NCBI GenBank assembly: GCA_903850505.1
Contig: CAINLT010000295.1
Span: 1-62,799 of the forward strand
From: an uncultured Myxococcales bacterium
GTDB taxonomy: Bacteria; Myxococcota_A; UBA9042
Direction: 5' to 3'
DNA length: 62,799 nucleotides
Part shown: positions 8,890-18,610 of the stretch, in pieces
How positions within the stretch are numbered: position 1 is the first letter of the stretch
Layout: every line of letters begins with the position of its first letter
Position numbers and translations under genes: made by a program
Notes under the pieces: model-generated
Told to the model about the DNA's origin: nothing
What the model saw: the letters and a program-made list of their open reading frames with translations, nothing else
The model's database searches: none

Positions 8890-11637
8890 GTGGGACGAAC
8901 GGCAAGGCAATACACGTGGATCCTGACCGTGCTTCTGGAGGCCTGTGGTGGCCCGGCGGCACCCGCGACCGGCGGCGAAGATACCGCATTCACGAGCGGA
9001 GACGCTGACTTATTGGCCGATGCAGGTGCGGACGCGCAAGGCAGCGACGCCGCGCCGCTCGCCGACGCTGTGGACGCGACTGTGAACCCCACGCTCGACG
9101 TCGCGCCCGACGCCGCCGATGCCAAGGACGCCGCTGCCGGCTGTGATTTTCCGGCCAAGCCCGCCGCAGGTGAGCCAGGCGCGAGCTGCAGCAAAGCAGA
9201 GGACTGCGACAGCGGCTTCTGCGTCGAGGCCGCACAGGGCAAGATCTGCACCGCCGCGTGCGTCAGTTGCTGCCCAAGCGGCTTTGCCTGCGCGTCCTTT
9301 CCCGGCAACGACGCGGTCTTTGCCTGCATGCCCAAGTTGACGGCGCTTTGCCGCCCATGCAGCGCCGACAGCGACTGCGCCGCGCTCAGCAACGGCGCCT
9401 TGTGCATCGGCAGCGGCAAGAACGGCGCGTTCTGCGGCGGACTGTGCGCCAGCGACGGCGATTGCCCCAACGGCTACGGCTGCGCCGCCAGCAAGGGCAG
9501 CCAGGGCGCGAGCAAGCAATGCGTCAGCAAATCGGGGACGTGCGACTGCTCGCCGCGGTCCATCGCCGACGGCGCCACCACGTCGTGCCAGATCAGCAAT
9601 GCGATCGGGACGTGCACGGGCGGGCGCAAGTGCCTCGCGAGCGGCTTGAGCGCATGCGACGCGCCGGTGGCCAGCACGGAGGTCTGCGGGAACGCCGTCG
9701 ACGACGACTGCAACGGCGCAACCGACGAACCCGACAGCCTGGGCTGCACGAAGTGGTATCCCGACGCCGATGGCGACGGCTTCGGCTCCAACGTCGCGCT
9801 CTGCTTTTGCCAGCAACCGACCAGCGGCTTCAGCGCCACGAGCGGCGACTGCAGCGCCAGCGACCCGGCGAACCATCCCGGCGCCAAGGAAGCCTGCAAT
9901 GGTGTCGACGACAACTGCAACGGCAAGACAGACGAGGGCTTCCCCGATCTGGACGGCGACGGCATCGCCGACTGCATCGACACCGACATCGACGGCGACG
10001 GCGTGGCCAACAGCGCCGATTGCGCGCCGAACAACGCCAGCGTGCATCCCGGCGCGGTCGAACAGTGCGACGGGCTGGACAACAACTGCGACGGCGCGAC
10101 CGACGAAGAATACGCCAGCGGCTGCAAGTTCTACCTCCGCGACGAGGACGGCGACGGCTTTGGCATCGCCAGCGACGCGAAATGCCTGTGCGCCGCGGCC
10201 GGCGTGTTCAGCGCGCTCGCGGGCGGCGATTGCAACGACGGCGATGCGGCGATCCATCCCGGCGCGATCGAGAGTTGCGACGCCGCCGACGACAACTGCG
10301 ACGGTGCGACCGATCCCGCCAACTCCGCGGGCTGTAGCAATTTCTGGCCGGACAAGGACGCCGACGGCTACGGCAGCGGCGGCGTTCAGGCGGCCAAGTG
10401 CCTGTGCGGCGCCATCGTCGGCTACGTGCCACAGACGGGCGATTGCGACGACAGCAACTTCACCATCCATCCCGGCGCGGCGGAAGTGTGCAACGGCAGC
10501 GACGACAACTGCGACGGCAAGGTCGACCCGGCCAACAGCGGCGGCTGTGCGACGTACTACGCGGACGCAGACGGCGACGGTTGGGGCGCAAGCGGCGGCA
10601 CGCAATGCCTGTGCGCGCCGGTCGGCAACTTCACCGTCACGCAAGCCGGCGATTGCGCCGACGGCGACAAGAACATCCACCCCGGCGCGACCGAAACGTG
10701 CAATGGTCTGGACGACAACTGCGACGGCAAGACCGACGAGGGCGTCTTGTTGCTGTTCTTCGCCGACGTCGACGGCGATGGCTGGGGCTACGGTTTTGGC
10801 CAATTGCTGTGCGCCGCCCAGAACAAGTTCACCGCGCTTCAGGGCGGCGACTGCAATGACGCCAGCACAGCGGTCTATCCCGGCGCCGCGGAGATCTGCG
10901 ACCTGCTCGACAACAACTGCGACGGCTTGACCGACGAAAACCTGCCGATCGGCACCTACTACAAGGACGCCGACAACGACGGCTACGGCAACGCCACGCT
11001 CCCGGCGACGCTGTGCGGCCCCATCAACGGCTACGTCGCCAAGAGCACGGACTGCGACGACAGCAACCCAGCGGTGCATCCCGGCGCCAAGGAAATCATC
11101 TGCAACGGCTTGGACGACGACTGCATCGGCGGCGACTCGTGCGATCCAGCGAGCTGCGCGGTGCAAAACATCGGCGATTTTGAAGGCGCGTTTGGCGGCT
11201 GGACCGTCGGCGTCGGCTGGGGCGTGGGCGTGTGGGCCAAGAACGGCGGCTTGCACGGCTTTGGCTACGGCGACGGCGTGAACTACCCGGATTCCGGCGT
11301 CAGCGGCAGCGCGGCGGCAACGCAGGTGCTGATCCTGCCCGGCACGGCCAGCATCGTGCTGGACTACTGGTACAATCCGGACGGCAACGAGGCCGTGACG
11401 CCCGGCACGACGCGCGACACGCTGGTGCTGACGATCAACGGCGTGACCGAGCTCAACCTCAATCCGTACAACGACATCTCCAACGTCTGGACGCCGCAGC
11501 ACGTCATCCCGGTGCCGGTCGCTTGGTGGGGCAAGACGGTGGAGCTGAAGTTCGTCTTCACAACCAAGGACGACAAGTTCAACCACGGCATCGGCTTTGC
11601 TGTGGACAACATCGCCACGACCTGCCAGCCGCTGTGA
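8890..11637 (+). CDS. Cys-rich exported protein with MopE-type putative metal-binding repeats
   Basis: About 8 copies of DCxDx(3-5)HPGAxExCNGxDDNCDGxTDE alternating with DxDGDG motifs; C-terminal beta-sandwich-like domain. Confidence 0.85.
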   Translation: MGRTARQYTWILTVLLEACGGPAAPATGGEDTAFTSGDADLLADAGADAQGSDAAPLADAVDATVNPTLDVAPDAADAKDAAAGCDFPAKPAAGEPGASCSKAEDCDSGFCVEAAQGKICTAACVSCCPSGFACASFPGNDAVFACMPKLTALCRPCSADSDCAALSNGALCIGSGKNGAFCGGLCASDGDCPNGYGCAASKGSQGASKQCVSKSGTCDCSPRSIADGATTSCQISNAIGTCTGGRKCLASGLSACDAPVASTEVCGNAVDDDCNGATDEPDSLGCTKWYPDADGDGFGSNVALCFCQQPTSGFSATSGDCSASDPANHPGAKEACNGVDDNCNGKTDEGFPDLDGDGIADCIDTDIDGDGVANSADCAPNNASVHPGAVEQCDGLDNNCDGATDEEYASGCKFYLRDEDGDGFGIASDAKCLCAAAGVFSALAGGDCNDGDAAIHPGAIESCDAADDNCDGATDPANSAGCSNFWPDKDADGYGSGGVQAAKCLCGAIVGYVPQTGDCDDSNFTIHPGAAEVCNGSDDNCDGKVDPANSGGCATYYADADGDGWGASGGTQCLCAPVGNFTVTQAGDCADGDKNIHPGATETCNGLDDNCDGKTDEGVLLLFFADVDGDGWGYGFGQLLCAAQNKFTALQGGDCNDASTAVYPGAAEICDLLDNNCDGLTDENLPIGTYYKDADNDGYGNATLPATLCGPINGYVAKSTDCDDSNPAVHPGAKEIICNGLDDDCIGGDSCDPASCAVQNIGDFEGAFGGWTVGVGWGVGVWAKNGGLHGFGYGDGVNYPDSGVSGSAAATQVLILPGTASIVLDYWYNPDGNEAVTPGTTRDTLVLTINGVTELNLNPYNDISNVWTPQHVIPVPVAWWGKTVELKFVFTTKDDKFNHGIGFAVDNIATTCQPL

Positions 11638-11712
11638 CCTGCGTCGCGGACTGCGCGTTGGCGGAACAATCTGCTACGCTCGCCGCTGCGGACCCGCCAA
11701 AATGGAGACTTG

Positions 11713-13383
11713 ATGTTGCGCCACCTGCTGATGACGACCTGTGCGCTTGTGCTGAGCGCCTGCACGACCGCCCCCAAGACGGCGACGCCGGGCGACGCGG
11801 ATTGGAGCGCGACGGCGCAATTGCCGGAATCCGGCGAGCGGCGCGACATCTACAACCTGGGCGCGGGCCTGCCGGACGCGGCCTCGCGCGGGCTGCGGCA
11901 CATCTCGACCTGGCCGGTGACGGTCTCCGGCGTACTGCTGCCGTGGCGGCCGATTGCGCTGGTTTTTGACCCAAACGCGACGGCCGCGGACATCCTGCAA
12001 TTGCAGGCGGTGGGCCGCGCGGCGCTGGGTTTTGGCACGATTGACGAGATGTACGGCTTCCTGGGTCTGTCCAAGCGGCCAGCGGGACCGGAGGCGTTTG
12101 CCGGCGTGAACTGGCCCGCGGAGATCAAGGCGGGCGACTACCTCGGCGCAGGCACGGTCACGACGAGCCATGGTCCGGCGCTGACGTTCTCGTGCGCGAC
12201 CTGCCACGTCGCCAGCTTTTTTGGCAAGACCATCGTCGGCATGACCAACCGCCATTCGCGCGCCAACGTGTTTTTCGGCGTCGCCAAGCAGTTCTTCCCC
12301 GCCGTGACGGACGAGCTGTTGGTGGCCAAGACCCAAGCGACGCCCGATGAATTGGCGCTGATGGACCGCGCGCAGGCCAATCTGCCGGCCGTGGGTTACA
12401 AGGAGCCGATGGCGCACGGCCTGGACACGTCGCTGGCGCAGGTGGCGCTGAGCTTGGCCCGCCGCAAGGCTGACGCGTGGGCGACCCGCGATCCGGCGCT
12501 GGAAGCGACGCCGCGGCCCAACGATCTGGAGACGTTCACGTCCGACAGCAAGCCCGCGGTGTGGTGGAGCCTGAAGTACAAGACACGGTGGCTGTCAGAC
12601 GGCTCCATCGTGTCCGGCAATCCGGTCTTCACGAATTTCTTGTGGAACGAACTCGGCCGCGGCACCGATCTGCACGAACTGAACGATTGGCTGGAGAAGA
12701 ATGACGCGCTTGTCGACGACCTCACCGCGCTGGTTTTCGCCAACACGCCGCCGCGCTGGCAGGACGTGTTCCCGGATCTGCCGATCGACGTGACGGCGGC
12801 GGCGCGCGGCAAGGTGACGTTTGACGCAATGTGCGCGAGCTGCCACGGCACGTACGACAAGGCGCTGGACACCGGCGATACGCGGACGCTGGCGGTGCAT
12901 TACCATCAGGTGACGCCGGTGCTGGACGTGGGCACGGACGGCCAGCGCGCCAAAGGCATGGCGGCGTTCGCCAAGAACCTCAATGATTTGGCGATTTCTC
13001 AGGCGATGAAGACGGTCGTGGAAGTGCAGACGGGGTACGTGCCGCCGCCGCTGGAAGGCATCTTCACGCGCTACCCGTACCTGCACAACCAGAGCGTGCC
13101 GACCCTGTGCGAGCTGCTGCGACCGGCAAAGCTGCGGACGGCGCAGTTCTGGATGGGTCCGGACGTGAACGTGGCGACGGATTTTGACGCGAAGTGCGTG
13201 GGCCTGCCGGTGGGCAACGCCGTGCCGGACGCGTGGAAAGTCGACGAGAAGAACCAGATGGATACGACCGTGCCGGGGCTGCGCAACCAAGGGCATGAGT
13301 CGTTCCTGATGGACGCAAGCGGCAAGGAACTCCTGAGTGACGCGGCGCGCGGGGACTTGGTAGAGTTCCTCAAGACGCTGTAG
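11713..13383 (+). CDS. Di-heme c-type cytochrome lipoprotein, RoxA-like
   Basis: Lipobox LSAC; two CxxCH motifs (CATCH, CASCH); VGTDGQRA, YVPPPLEGI..YPYLHNQSVPTL, PGLRNQGH, LVEFLKTL. Confidence 0.8.
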   Translation: MLRHLLMTTCALVLSACTTAPKTATPGDADWSATAQLPESGERRDIYNLGAGLPDAASRGLRHISTWPVTVSGVLLPWRPIALVFDPNATAADILQLQAVGRAALGFGTIDEMYGFLGLSKRPAGPEAFAGVNWPAEIKAGDYLGAGTVTTSHGPALTFSCATCHVASFFGKTIVGMTNRHSRANVFFGVAKQFFPAVTDELLVAKTQATPDELALMDRAQANLPAVGYKEPMAHGLDTSLAQVALSLARRKADAWATRDPALEATPRPNDLETFTSDSKPAVWWSLKYKTRWLSDGSIVSGNPVFTNFLWNELGRGTDLHELNDWLEKNDALVDDLTALVFANTPPRWQDVFPDLPIDVTAAARGKVTFDAMCASCHGTYDKALDTGDTRTLAVHYHQVTPVLDVGTDGQRAKGMAAFAKNLNDLAISQAMKTVVEVQTGYVPPPLEGIFTRYPYLHNQSVPTLCELLRPAKLRTAQFWMGPDVNVATDFDAKCVGLPVGNAVPDAWKVDEKNQMDTTVPGLRNQGHESFLMDASGKELLSDAARGDLVEFLKTL

Positions 13384-13386
13384 GGG

Positions 13387-13770
13387 GTGCGCGTGAGGCG
13401 AATGCTGCTCGGTTTGTTGCTGGTGACGGTGATGGCGACGTCCGGCTGTTCTTCGCTGATTTTTCGCCGCGGCCAGCCGGCCATCATCGGCGACATCCAG
13501 CCGGGGACGCGCGCGCACGTCTACGTGAGCAACGACGCAGGCCAGGTGTTTCGCCTGCCGCGCTCGAGCATTGCCGGCACGCGAATGGGCGGGATGCGGA
13601 CGACGCTGTGGGCGCTGCTGGCGGGCTATGGCGCGCTCATCCTGATCCCGGGCGGGCTGATCCAGTGGTCGCACAACGTCGCCGCTTTTGACGCCACCGA
13701 TGGCGGAACCGACCGCGTGCTTGACGTCGCGGATGAAGAGGAAGTGGACGCGAGCGGGGTGTTGCAATGA
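13387..13770 (+). CDS. Hypothetical lipoprotein/membrane protein
   Basis: Signal peptide with TSGC and one TM segment; tight spacing with neighbours. Confidence 0.55.
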   Translation: MRVRRMLLGLLLVTVMATSGCSSLIFRRGQPAIIGDIQPGTRAHVYVSNDAGQVFRLPRSSIAGTRMGGMRTTLWALLAGYGALILIPGGLIQWSHNVAAFDATDGGTDRVLDVADEEEVDASGVLQ

Positions 13771-14267
13771 AACGACTCCGCGCCAGCGTGGCCGCGCTTG
13801 TCATCTGCACGTGCGCGTGCTCCAGCGCGACGATCTACCGGCGCGATGCACCCGACCTGGAAGCGACAATTGTCGGCGGCAACAGCAAATATCTGTACGT
13901 GGAGACCGAAGACGGGCGCGTCGTGCAGATTGAGCGCAGCAAGATCACGGACATCGACCATCCGGGCAACGGCGAGGCGGTGGTCGGCGGCCTGTGGGTC
14001 GCAACGTGGAGCCTGCTCGTCGGGATGCTGGCCGAGCTCTCCGGCAACATGAACGACAGGAACGGCGCCTTGGTGACTGCATTCGCGGTCGGCATCCTGC
14101 CGGGGGCCATCCCTCTGGTGCATGGCATCGTCACCTGGCACCAGTCGACCAGCGCGGCAGACGAGATGGCGATGCAGTTGCCCGTGCGCCGCCCCGACGG
14201 CACCGCGATCCTCGGGACGCTGACCGTGCCGATGGCCGATGGCGCGACGCTGCTTCAGGCGCAATAG
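13767..14267 (+). CDS. Hypothetical lipoprotein with C-terminal TM helices
   Basis: CACSS lipobox-like motif, two hydrophobic helices, ATGA overlap with the previous gene. Confidence 0.6.
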   Translation: MKRLRASVAALVICTCACSSATIYRRDAPDLEATIVGGNSKYLYVETEDGRVVQIERSKITDIDHPGNGEAVVGGLWVATWSLLVGMLAELSGNMNDRNGALVTAFAVGILPGAIPLVHGIVTWHQSTSAADEMAMQLPVRRPDGTAILGTLTVPMADGATLLQAQ

Positions 14268-14309
14268 CCATTTGATTTCAATGCGTAGACAAAGCCTTCG
14301 GTCGTTGCG

Positions 14310-15671
14310 CTAGGCGTGCAGCCAGACGCGAAACCGCGCGCCGGTCGGCTCGTTGGCCTCACACGTGATCGTCCCGCCCATCGCCTCGATGAGGTGCCGC
14401 ACGATCGCCAAGCCCAGACCGGTGCCGCCCAGCTCGCGCGACCGTCCCGCGTCGATCCGGTAGAACCGCTCAAAAATCCGCTCGCGGTGCGACGCGGCGA
14501 TGCCCGGACCGTTGTCCGCCACCCACAGCTCGACCCGCTCGCCATCGCGCCGACAGCCCACTTCGATGTGCGAACCCTGCGGCGTGTACTTGCTGGCGTT
14601 CTCCAGCAGGTTCACCAGCACCTGATCCAGCGCCTGCGGATTGCCGCGCACCGTCAGACCGTCCTCGATGTGCGCGGTCACGGTCTGGTTGCGCGCCGTC
14701 GTCGTCGGCTCGATCAGCCGGACGGCGTGGCGGATGCGCTCCGTGACGTGCACGCCGCTCGGGCTCAGGTCGTAGGCGCCTGCTTCAATGCGGGAAAGAT
14801 CCAGCAGGTCGGAGATGATCCGCGACATCCGCTCCGCGTGGCGCAGGATCGTCTCGGCAAAATCGCGCGCGATCGGCGGCTCTTCCAAGCCACCGTCGCA
14901 CAGCGCTTCCGCCGACGCGTACACGATCGCCACGGGCGTGCGCAGTTCGTGCGAGACGTTGGAGATGAAGTCCCGCCGCACCGTCTCCAGCCGCCGCAGC
15001 GCCGTCACGTCGCGCATCGCCAGCAGGACGCCGATGCCGGCGCGATCCAGCGGCCAGGCCGACCACAACAGCTTGGCGCCCGACGGCATCGCCAGCTCGA
15101 CTTGCGGCACATCGCTTTCCCGCACTTCATCGGGGCGCAGGTGCGGCGCGGCGCGGGCGCGCTCCAGCAAATCCTTCAGCGCGGGCTGACGCACCAGATC
15201 CAGCAGGCGCTTCTCCAGCGGCGGCTTGGTCTCGCCCAGCATCGCGGTGGCCGAGCGGTTGCACAGCGCCACGCGGCCGTCCAAGGTCAGGCCAATCACG
15301 CCCTCGACCATGCCCTCCAGCACGACCCCGAAACGATCGCGCTCGCCGCGCAGCTCCGCCGTCGTCCGCTCCAGCTTGTCCGCCATGTGATTGAGCGCAT
15401 CGCCAAGCTCCTGGAATTCGCCCGACGAGGCCACGCTCGCCCGCCGCTCGGGGTGATCGGACGCCATGGCCTGCGCCACTTCCGTCAGCCGCCGCGCCTG
15501 CAGCGTGACGAGCCGCGCGCCGACGAGGCCGAGCAGCAGGGACATCGCCGCGCCGATGAGCGCCGCGAGCGCCGGGTCAAAGCCAACGGTCACTCCAGCG
15601 GCAAGCGTCGAGCCGATCGCCATCGCCAGCGACGTCAGCAGGAACATCCGACCGCGGGACTCCAATGTCAC
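14310..15671 (-). CDS. phoR: Sensor histidine kinase, PhoR-like (HAMP-PAS-HisKA-HATPase)
   Basis: RRDFISNVSHELRTP, NLLENASKY, ADNGPGI, ERFYRIDAGRSRELGGTGLGLAIV. Confidence 0.85.
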   Translation of the reverse strand: MTLESRGRMFLLTSLAMAIGSTLAAGVTVGFDPALAALIGAAMSLLLGLVGARLVTLQARRLTEVAQAMASDHPERRASVASSGEFQELGDALNHMADKLERTTAELRGERDRFGVVLEGMVEGVIGLTLDGRVALCNRSATAMLGETKPPLEKRLLDLVRQPALKDLLERARAAPHLRPDEVRESDVPQVELAMPSGAKLLWSAWPLDRAGIGVLLAMRDVTALRRLETVRRDFISNVSHELRTPVAIVYASAEALCDGGLEEPPIARDFAETILRHAERMSRIISDLLDLSRIEAGAYDLSPSGVHVTERIRHAVRLIEPTTTARNQTVTAHIEDGLTVRGNPQALDQVLVNLLENASKYTPQGSHIEVGCRRDGERVELWVADNGPGIAASHRERIFERFYRIDAGRSRELGGTGLGLAIVRHLIEAMGGTITCEANEPTGARFRVWLHA

Positions 15672-16387
15672 GGAACGCCTTGTTCGTCGCCGCTTTCGAC
15701 GGGTTCGTCGCTGAACCGATAGCCCACGCCGCGCACGGTTTCCAGGTGCGCCTGCCCCCCGCCGAGCTTCTCGCGCAGCCGCTTCACGTGGGCGTCCACC
15801 GTGCGCTCGTTGACGTCCGATTCGCGGCCCCAGACGCCGTCCAGCAGCATCGACCGGGTCTGCACGCGGCCGCGCCGGGCCATCAGCCGCGCCAGCAGCT
15901 TCACTTCCGTCGCCGTCAACGTCACCGGCTCCTCGCCGACCCAGCAGCGATGGCCGTCGACGTCCAGGCGCACCGGCCCACCGACCAGCAGGCCGCTCTC
16001 CGTCGGCGTCGAGGTCGTCCGCCGCAGCAGCGCGCGAATCCGCAGCGCCAGCTCGCGCGTGGAAAACGGCTTGACCACGTAGTCATCCGCGCCCACTTCA
16101 AAGCCGACGACGCGGTCGATCTCCTCGCCGCGCGCGGTCAGCATCAGCACGAGCGTGTCCCGCGTCCGCGGATTCATGCGGATTTGCCGGCACACTTCCG
16201 TGCCGGACAGGTCGGGCAGCATCAGATCGAGCAGCACGAGGTCGTACGGCGGCTCCTCTTCCAGCCGCTCCAAACCCTGCTTGCCGGTCAGCGCTTGGCC
16301 GACGACAAAGCCCTCGCGCCCCAGCGCCCACGCAACCGTGCGCGCCAGATCAGCCTCGTCTTCAATGATGAGAATTCGCGCAGACAT
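15668..16387 (-). CDS. phoB: OmpR-family response regulator, PhoB-like
   Basis: LLDLMLPD, MLTARGEEIDRVVGFEVGADDYVVKPFS, RTVDAHVKRLREKL, ETVRGVGY; overlaps the kinase start. Confidence 0.85.
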   Translation of the reverse strand: MSARILIIEDEADLARTVAWALGREGFVVGQALTGKQGLERLEEEPPYDLVLLDLMLPDLSGTEVCRQIRMNPRTRDTLVLMLTARGEEIDRVVGFEVGADDYVVKPFSTRELALRIRALLRRTTSTPTESGLLVGGPVRLDVDGHRCWVGEEPVTLTATEVKLLARLMARRGRVQTRSMLLDGVWGRESDVNERTVDAHVKRLREKLGGGQAHLETVRGVGYRFSDEPVESGDEQGVP

Positions 16388-16417
16388 GGATCTACTCCCT
16401 TGCCGGCGCAGGGCCGG

Positions 16418-17329
16418 TCAGACGCTAAAACCCGCCGGATCGTCGCCCAACGCGGGCAGATTGAGACCCGGCTCGCCGGCCAGCGCGCGCTTGACATACG
16501 TCGGCAGCGCAAACGCGGCTTGAATGAATTCCGCATTGGCATAGCGCAGTTGCGGCTCAAGCCGGGCAATGCGATCGTTGCGCTGCGTGTTCAGCCGCAC
16601 GTCAATCGTCTGGCTCGCCGCCGTATACGCCCACACGCCGCCCGGATAGGCCGTGACCTGGCCCATGTACAGCGACGTATTGCGGAAAATGTTGGCGAGC
16701 TTCGCGTACACGTCGGTGACGCGACTCAGGTAGAACGTCGGGGAATCGCTCTGCGGCACCAGGATGCCGTGCTCGCCCAGCAGCTTGGCGCAGTGGCGGT
16801 AGAACGTCTCGGTAAACAGCTCGACGGCGGCGTCAACCGGGTCCGTCGAATCGACGAGGATCACGTCAAAGTGCGCGCCCTGCGCCGCGGCCACTTCCAC
16901 GTACGCCAAGCCGTCGCCGACGATGATTTCCGCGCGCGGATCGTCCAGCGCCACCGCGCACTGCGGAAAATACTGGCGGGCGACGCGAATCACTTCGCCG
17001 TCGATGTCGACAAGCACCGCGATCTCCACTTCAGGATGCCGCAGCACTTCACGCAGCGTACCGCCGTCGCCGCCGCCGATAATCAGCACGCGCTTGGGAT
17101 TCGGGTGCGCCAGCAGCGGCACATGCGCCAGCATCTCGTGGTAGCCGGACTCATCGCGATCCGTCACGTTTGTTACGCCGCCCAGCGCCAGCACGGTGCC
17201 AAAATCCTCGGCCTCAAACACGTCGATCGTCTGGTACGGCGTCTCAAAAGACTCGTAGAATTCCTTGACGGTGAACGTCAGGTGCGTGTGCTTGGTCCAA
17301 GGGTCAAAGTAGCGCTTCGTGTCGGTCAT
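16418..17329 (-). CDS. speE: Polyamine aminopropyltransferase (spermidine synthase)
   Basis: YHEMLAHVPL, VLIIGGGDGGTLREV, DVILVDSTDP, YPGGVW. Confidence 0.93.
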   Translation of the reverse strand: MTDTKRYFDPWTKHTHLTFTVKEFYESFETPYQTIDVFEAEDFGTVLALGGVTNVTDRDESGYHEMLAHVPLLAHPNPKRVLIIGGGDGGTLREVLRHPEVEIAVLVDIDGEVIRVARQYFPQCAVALDDPRAEIIVGDGLAYVEVAAAQGAHFDVILVDSTDPVDAAVELFTETFYRHCAKLLGEHGILVPQSDSPTFYLSRVTDVYAKLANIFRNTSLYMGQVTAYPGGVWAYTAASQTIDVRLNTQRNDRIARLEPQLRYANAEFIQAAFALPTYVKRALAGEPGLNLPALGDDPAGFSV

Positions 17330-17581
17330 CCGTGGGCTCCGTTGCGTCGTCTGAGCGGGGTCTGAAACTCGGCCGCGGTTTAGCGCGGGCCGCAACGGAT
17401 GACAAGCTGGCAATCCCAGCCGGCGGCAGGATGGCGGCCGGATGTGCGGGCTGTGCGGCAGTATTGTGACGTTTTGGCGATCGCGACCCGGGCGCGCGCG
17501 GGCGTCCGCACGGGATGACTTTGACTGCGCCGACGTGTACCCTTGCGCGCGTCGCCGTTCGGGCGAGCCGATGGACGTAGC

Positions 17582-18601
17582 ATGGCAACAATGAACATCA
17601 TCCAGGCGGTCAACGACGCACTGACGCTGGCGATGCGCCGCGATCCCAAGATCGTCGTTATGGGCGAGGACGTCGGCAAGTTTGGCGGCGTCTTCCGCGC
17701 GACGGTCGGCCTGCAGGCGGAATTTGGCGACGACCGCGTCATCGACACGCCGCTGGCTGAAGGCGGCATCATCGGCACCGCGATCGGCATGGCGATCTAC
17801 GGCCTCAAGCCGGTGGCGGAAATCCAGTTCAGCGACTTCATCTTCCCGGCGTACGACCAAATCGTCAATGAACTCGCCAAGTACCGCTATCGCTCCGGCG
17901 GCGAATTTCCCTGCCCGATGGTCATTCGCACGCCGTTTGGCGGCGGCATCCGCGGCGGCCACTATCACAGCCAGTCGCCGGAATCCGTGTTCGCGCACCA
18001 TGCCGGGCTGGTCTGCGTTGCGCCGTCCAACCCCTACGACGCCAAGGGCTTGTTGCTGTCGGCCATCGCCAGCGACGACCCCGTCATCGTCTTTGAGCCC
18101 AAGCGCGTCTACCGCGGCCCCGATCACGGCACCAACTGGAGCGCGCACCCGATGGGCGAAGTGCCCGCTGGCGAATACCGCGTCCCGATCGGCAAGGGCT
18201 CGATCGTCAAGCCGCTTTCCGGCACCGGCACGGCCGTTTCCCTCATCACCTATGGCGCGATGGTCCACACGTGCCAAAAGGCCGCGGATCTGGCGAGCGC
18301 GGAAGGGATTGACGTCGAACTCATCGATCTGCGAACCATTGTCCCGTACGATCTGGAGCTCATGGCGGAATCCGGCAAGCGTACGGGCCGCGTCGTCATC
18401 GCGAATGAAGCGCCGCGCACCTGTGGCTTTGCCGCCGAACTGGTGACCGCGGTGCAGGAAGAATGTTTTGACTGGCTGGAAGCGCCGGTCGCACGCGTGA
18501 CGGGCTGGGACACGCCCTTCCCGTATGCCTTGGACCACTTGTACATGCCGGATCCGCAGCGGGTTTTGACCGCTTTGCGCAAGGCCGCGAACTACCGCTA
18601 G
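17582..18601 (+). CDS. 2-oxoacid dehydrogenase E1 beta subunit (branched-chain/pyruvate type)
   Basis: GEDVGKFGGVFRAT, DTPLAEGGI, EIQFSDF, GGHYHSQSPE. Confidence 0.93.
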   Translation: MATMNIIQAVNDALTLAMRRDPKIVVMGEDVGKFGGVFRATVGLQAEFGDDRVIDTPLAEGGIIGTAIGMAIYGLKPVAEIQFSDFIFPAYDQIVNELAKYRYRSGGEFPCPMVIRTPFGGGIRGGHYHSQSPESVFAHHAGLVCVAPSNPYDAKGLLLSAIASDDPVIVFEPKRVYRGPDHGTNWSAHPMGEVPAGEYRVPIGKGSIVKPLSGTGTAVSLITYGAMVHTCQKAADLASAEGIDVELIDLRTIVPYDLELMAESGKRTGRVVIANEAPRTCGFAAELVTAVQEECFDWLEAPVARVTGWDTPFPYALDHLYMPDPQRVLTALRKAANYR

Positions 18602-18610
18602 GAGCTGACC

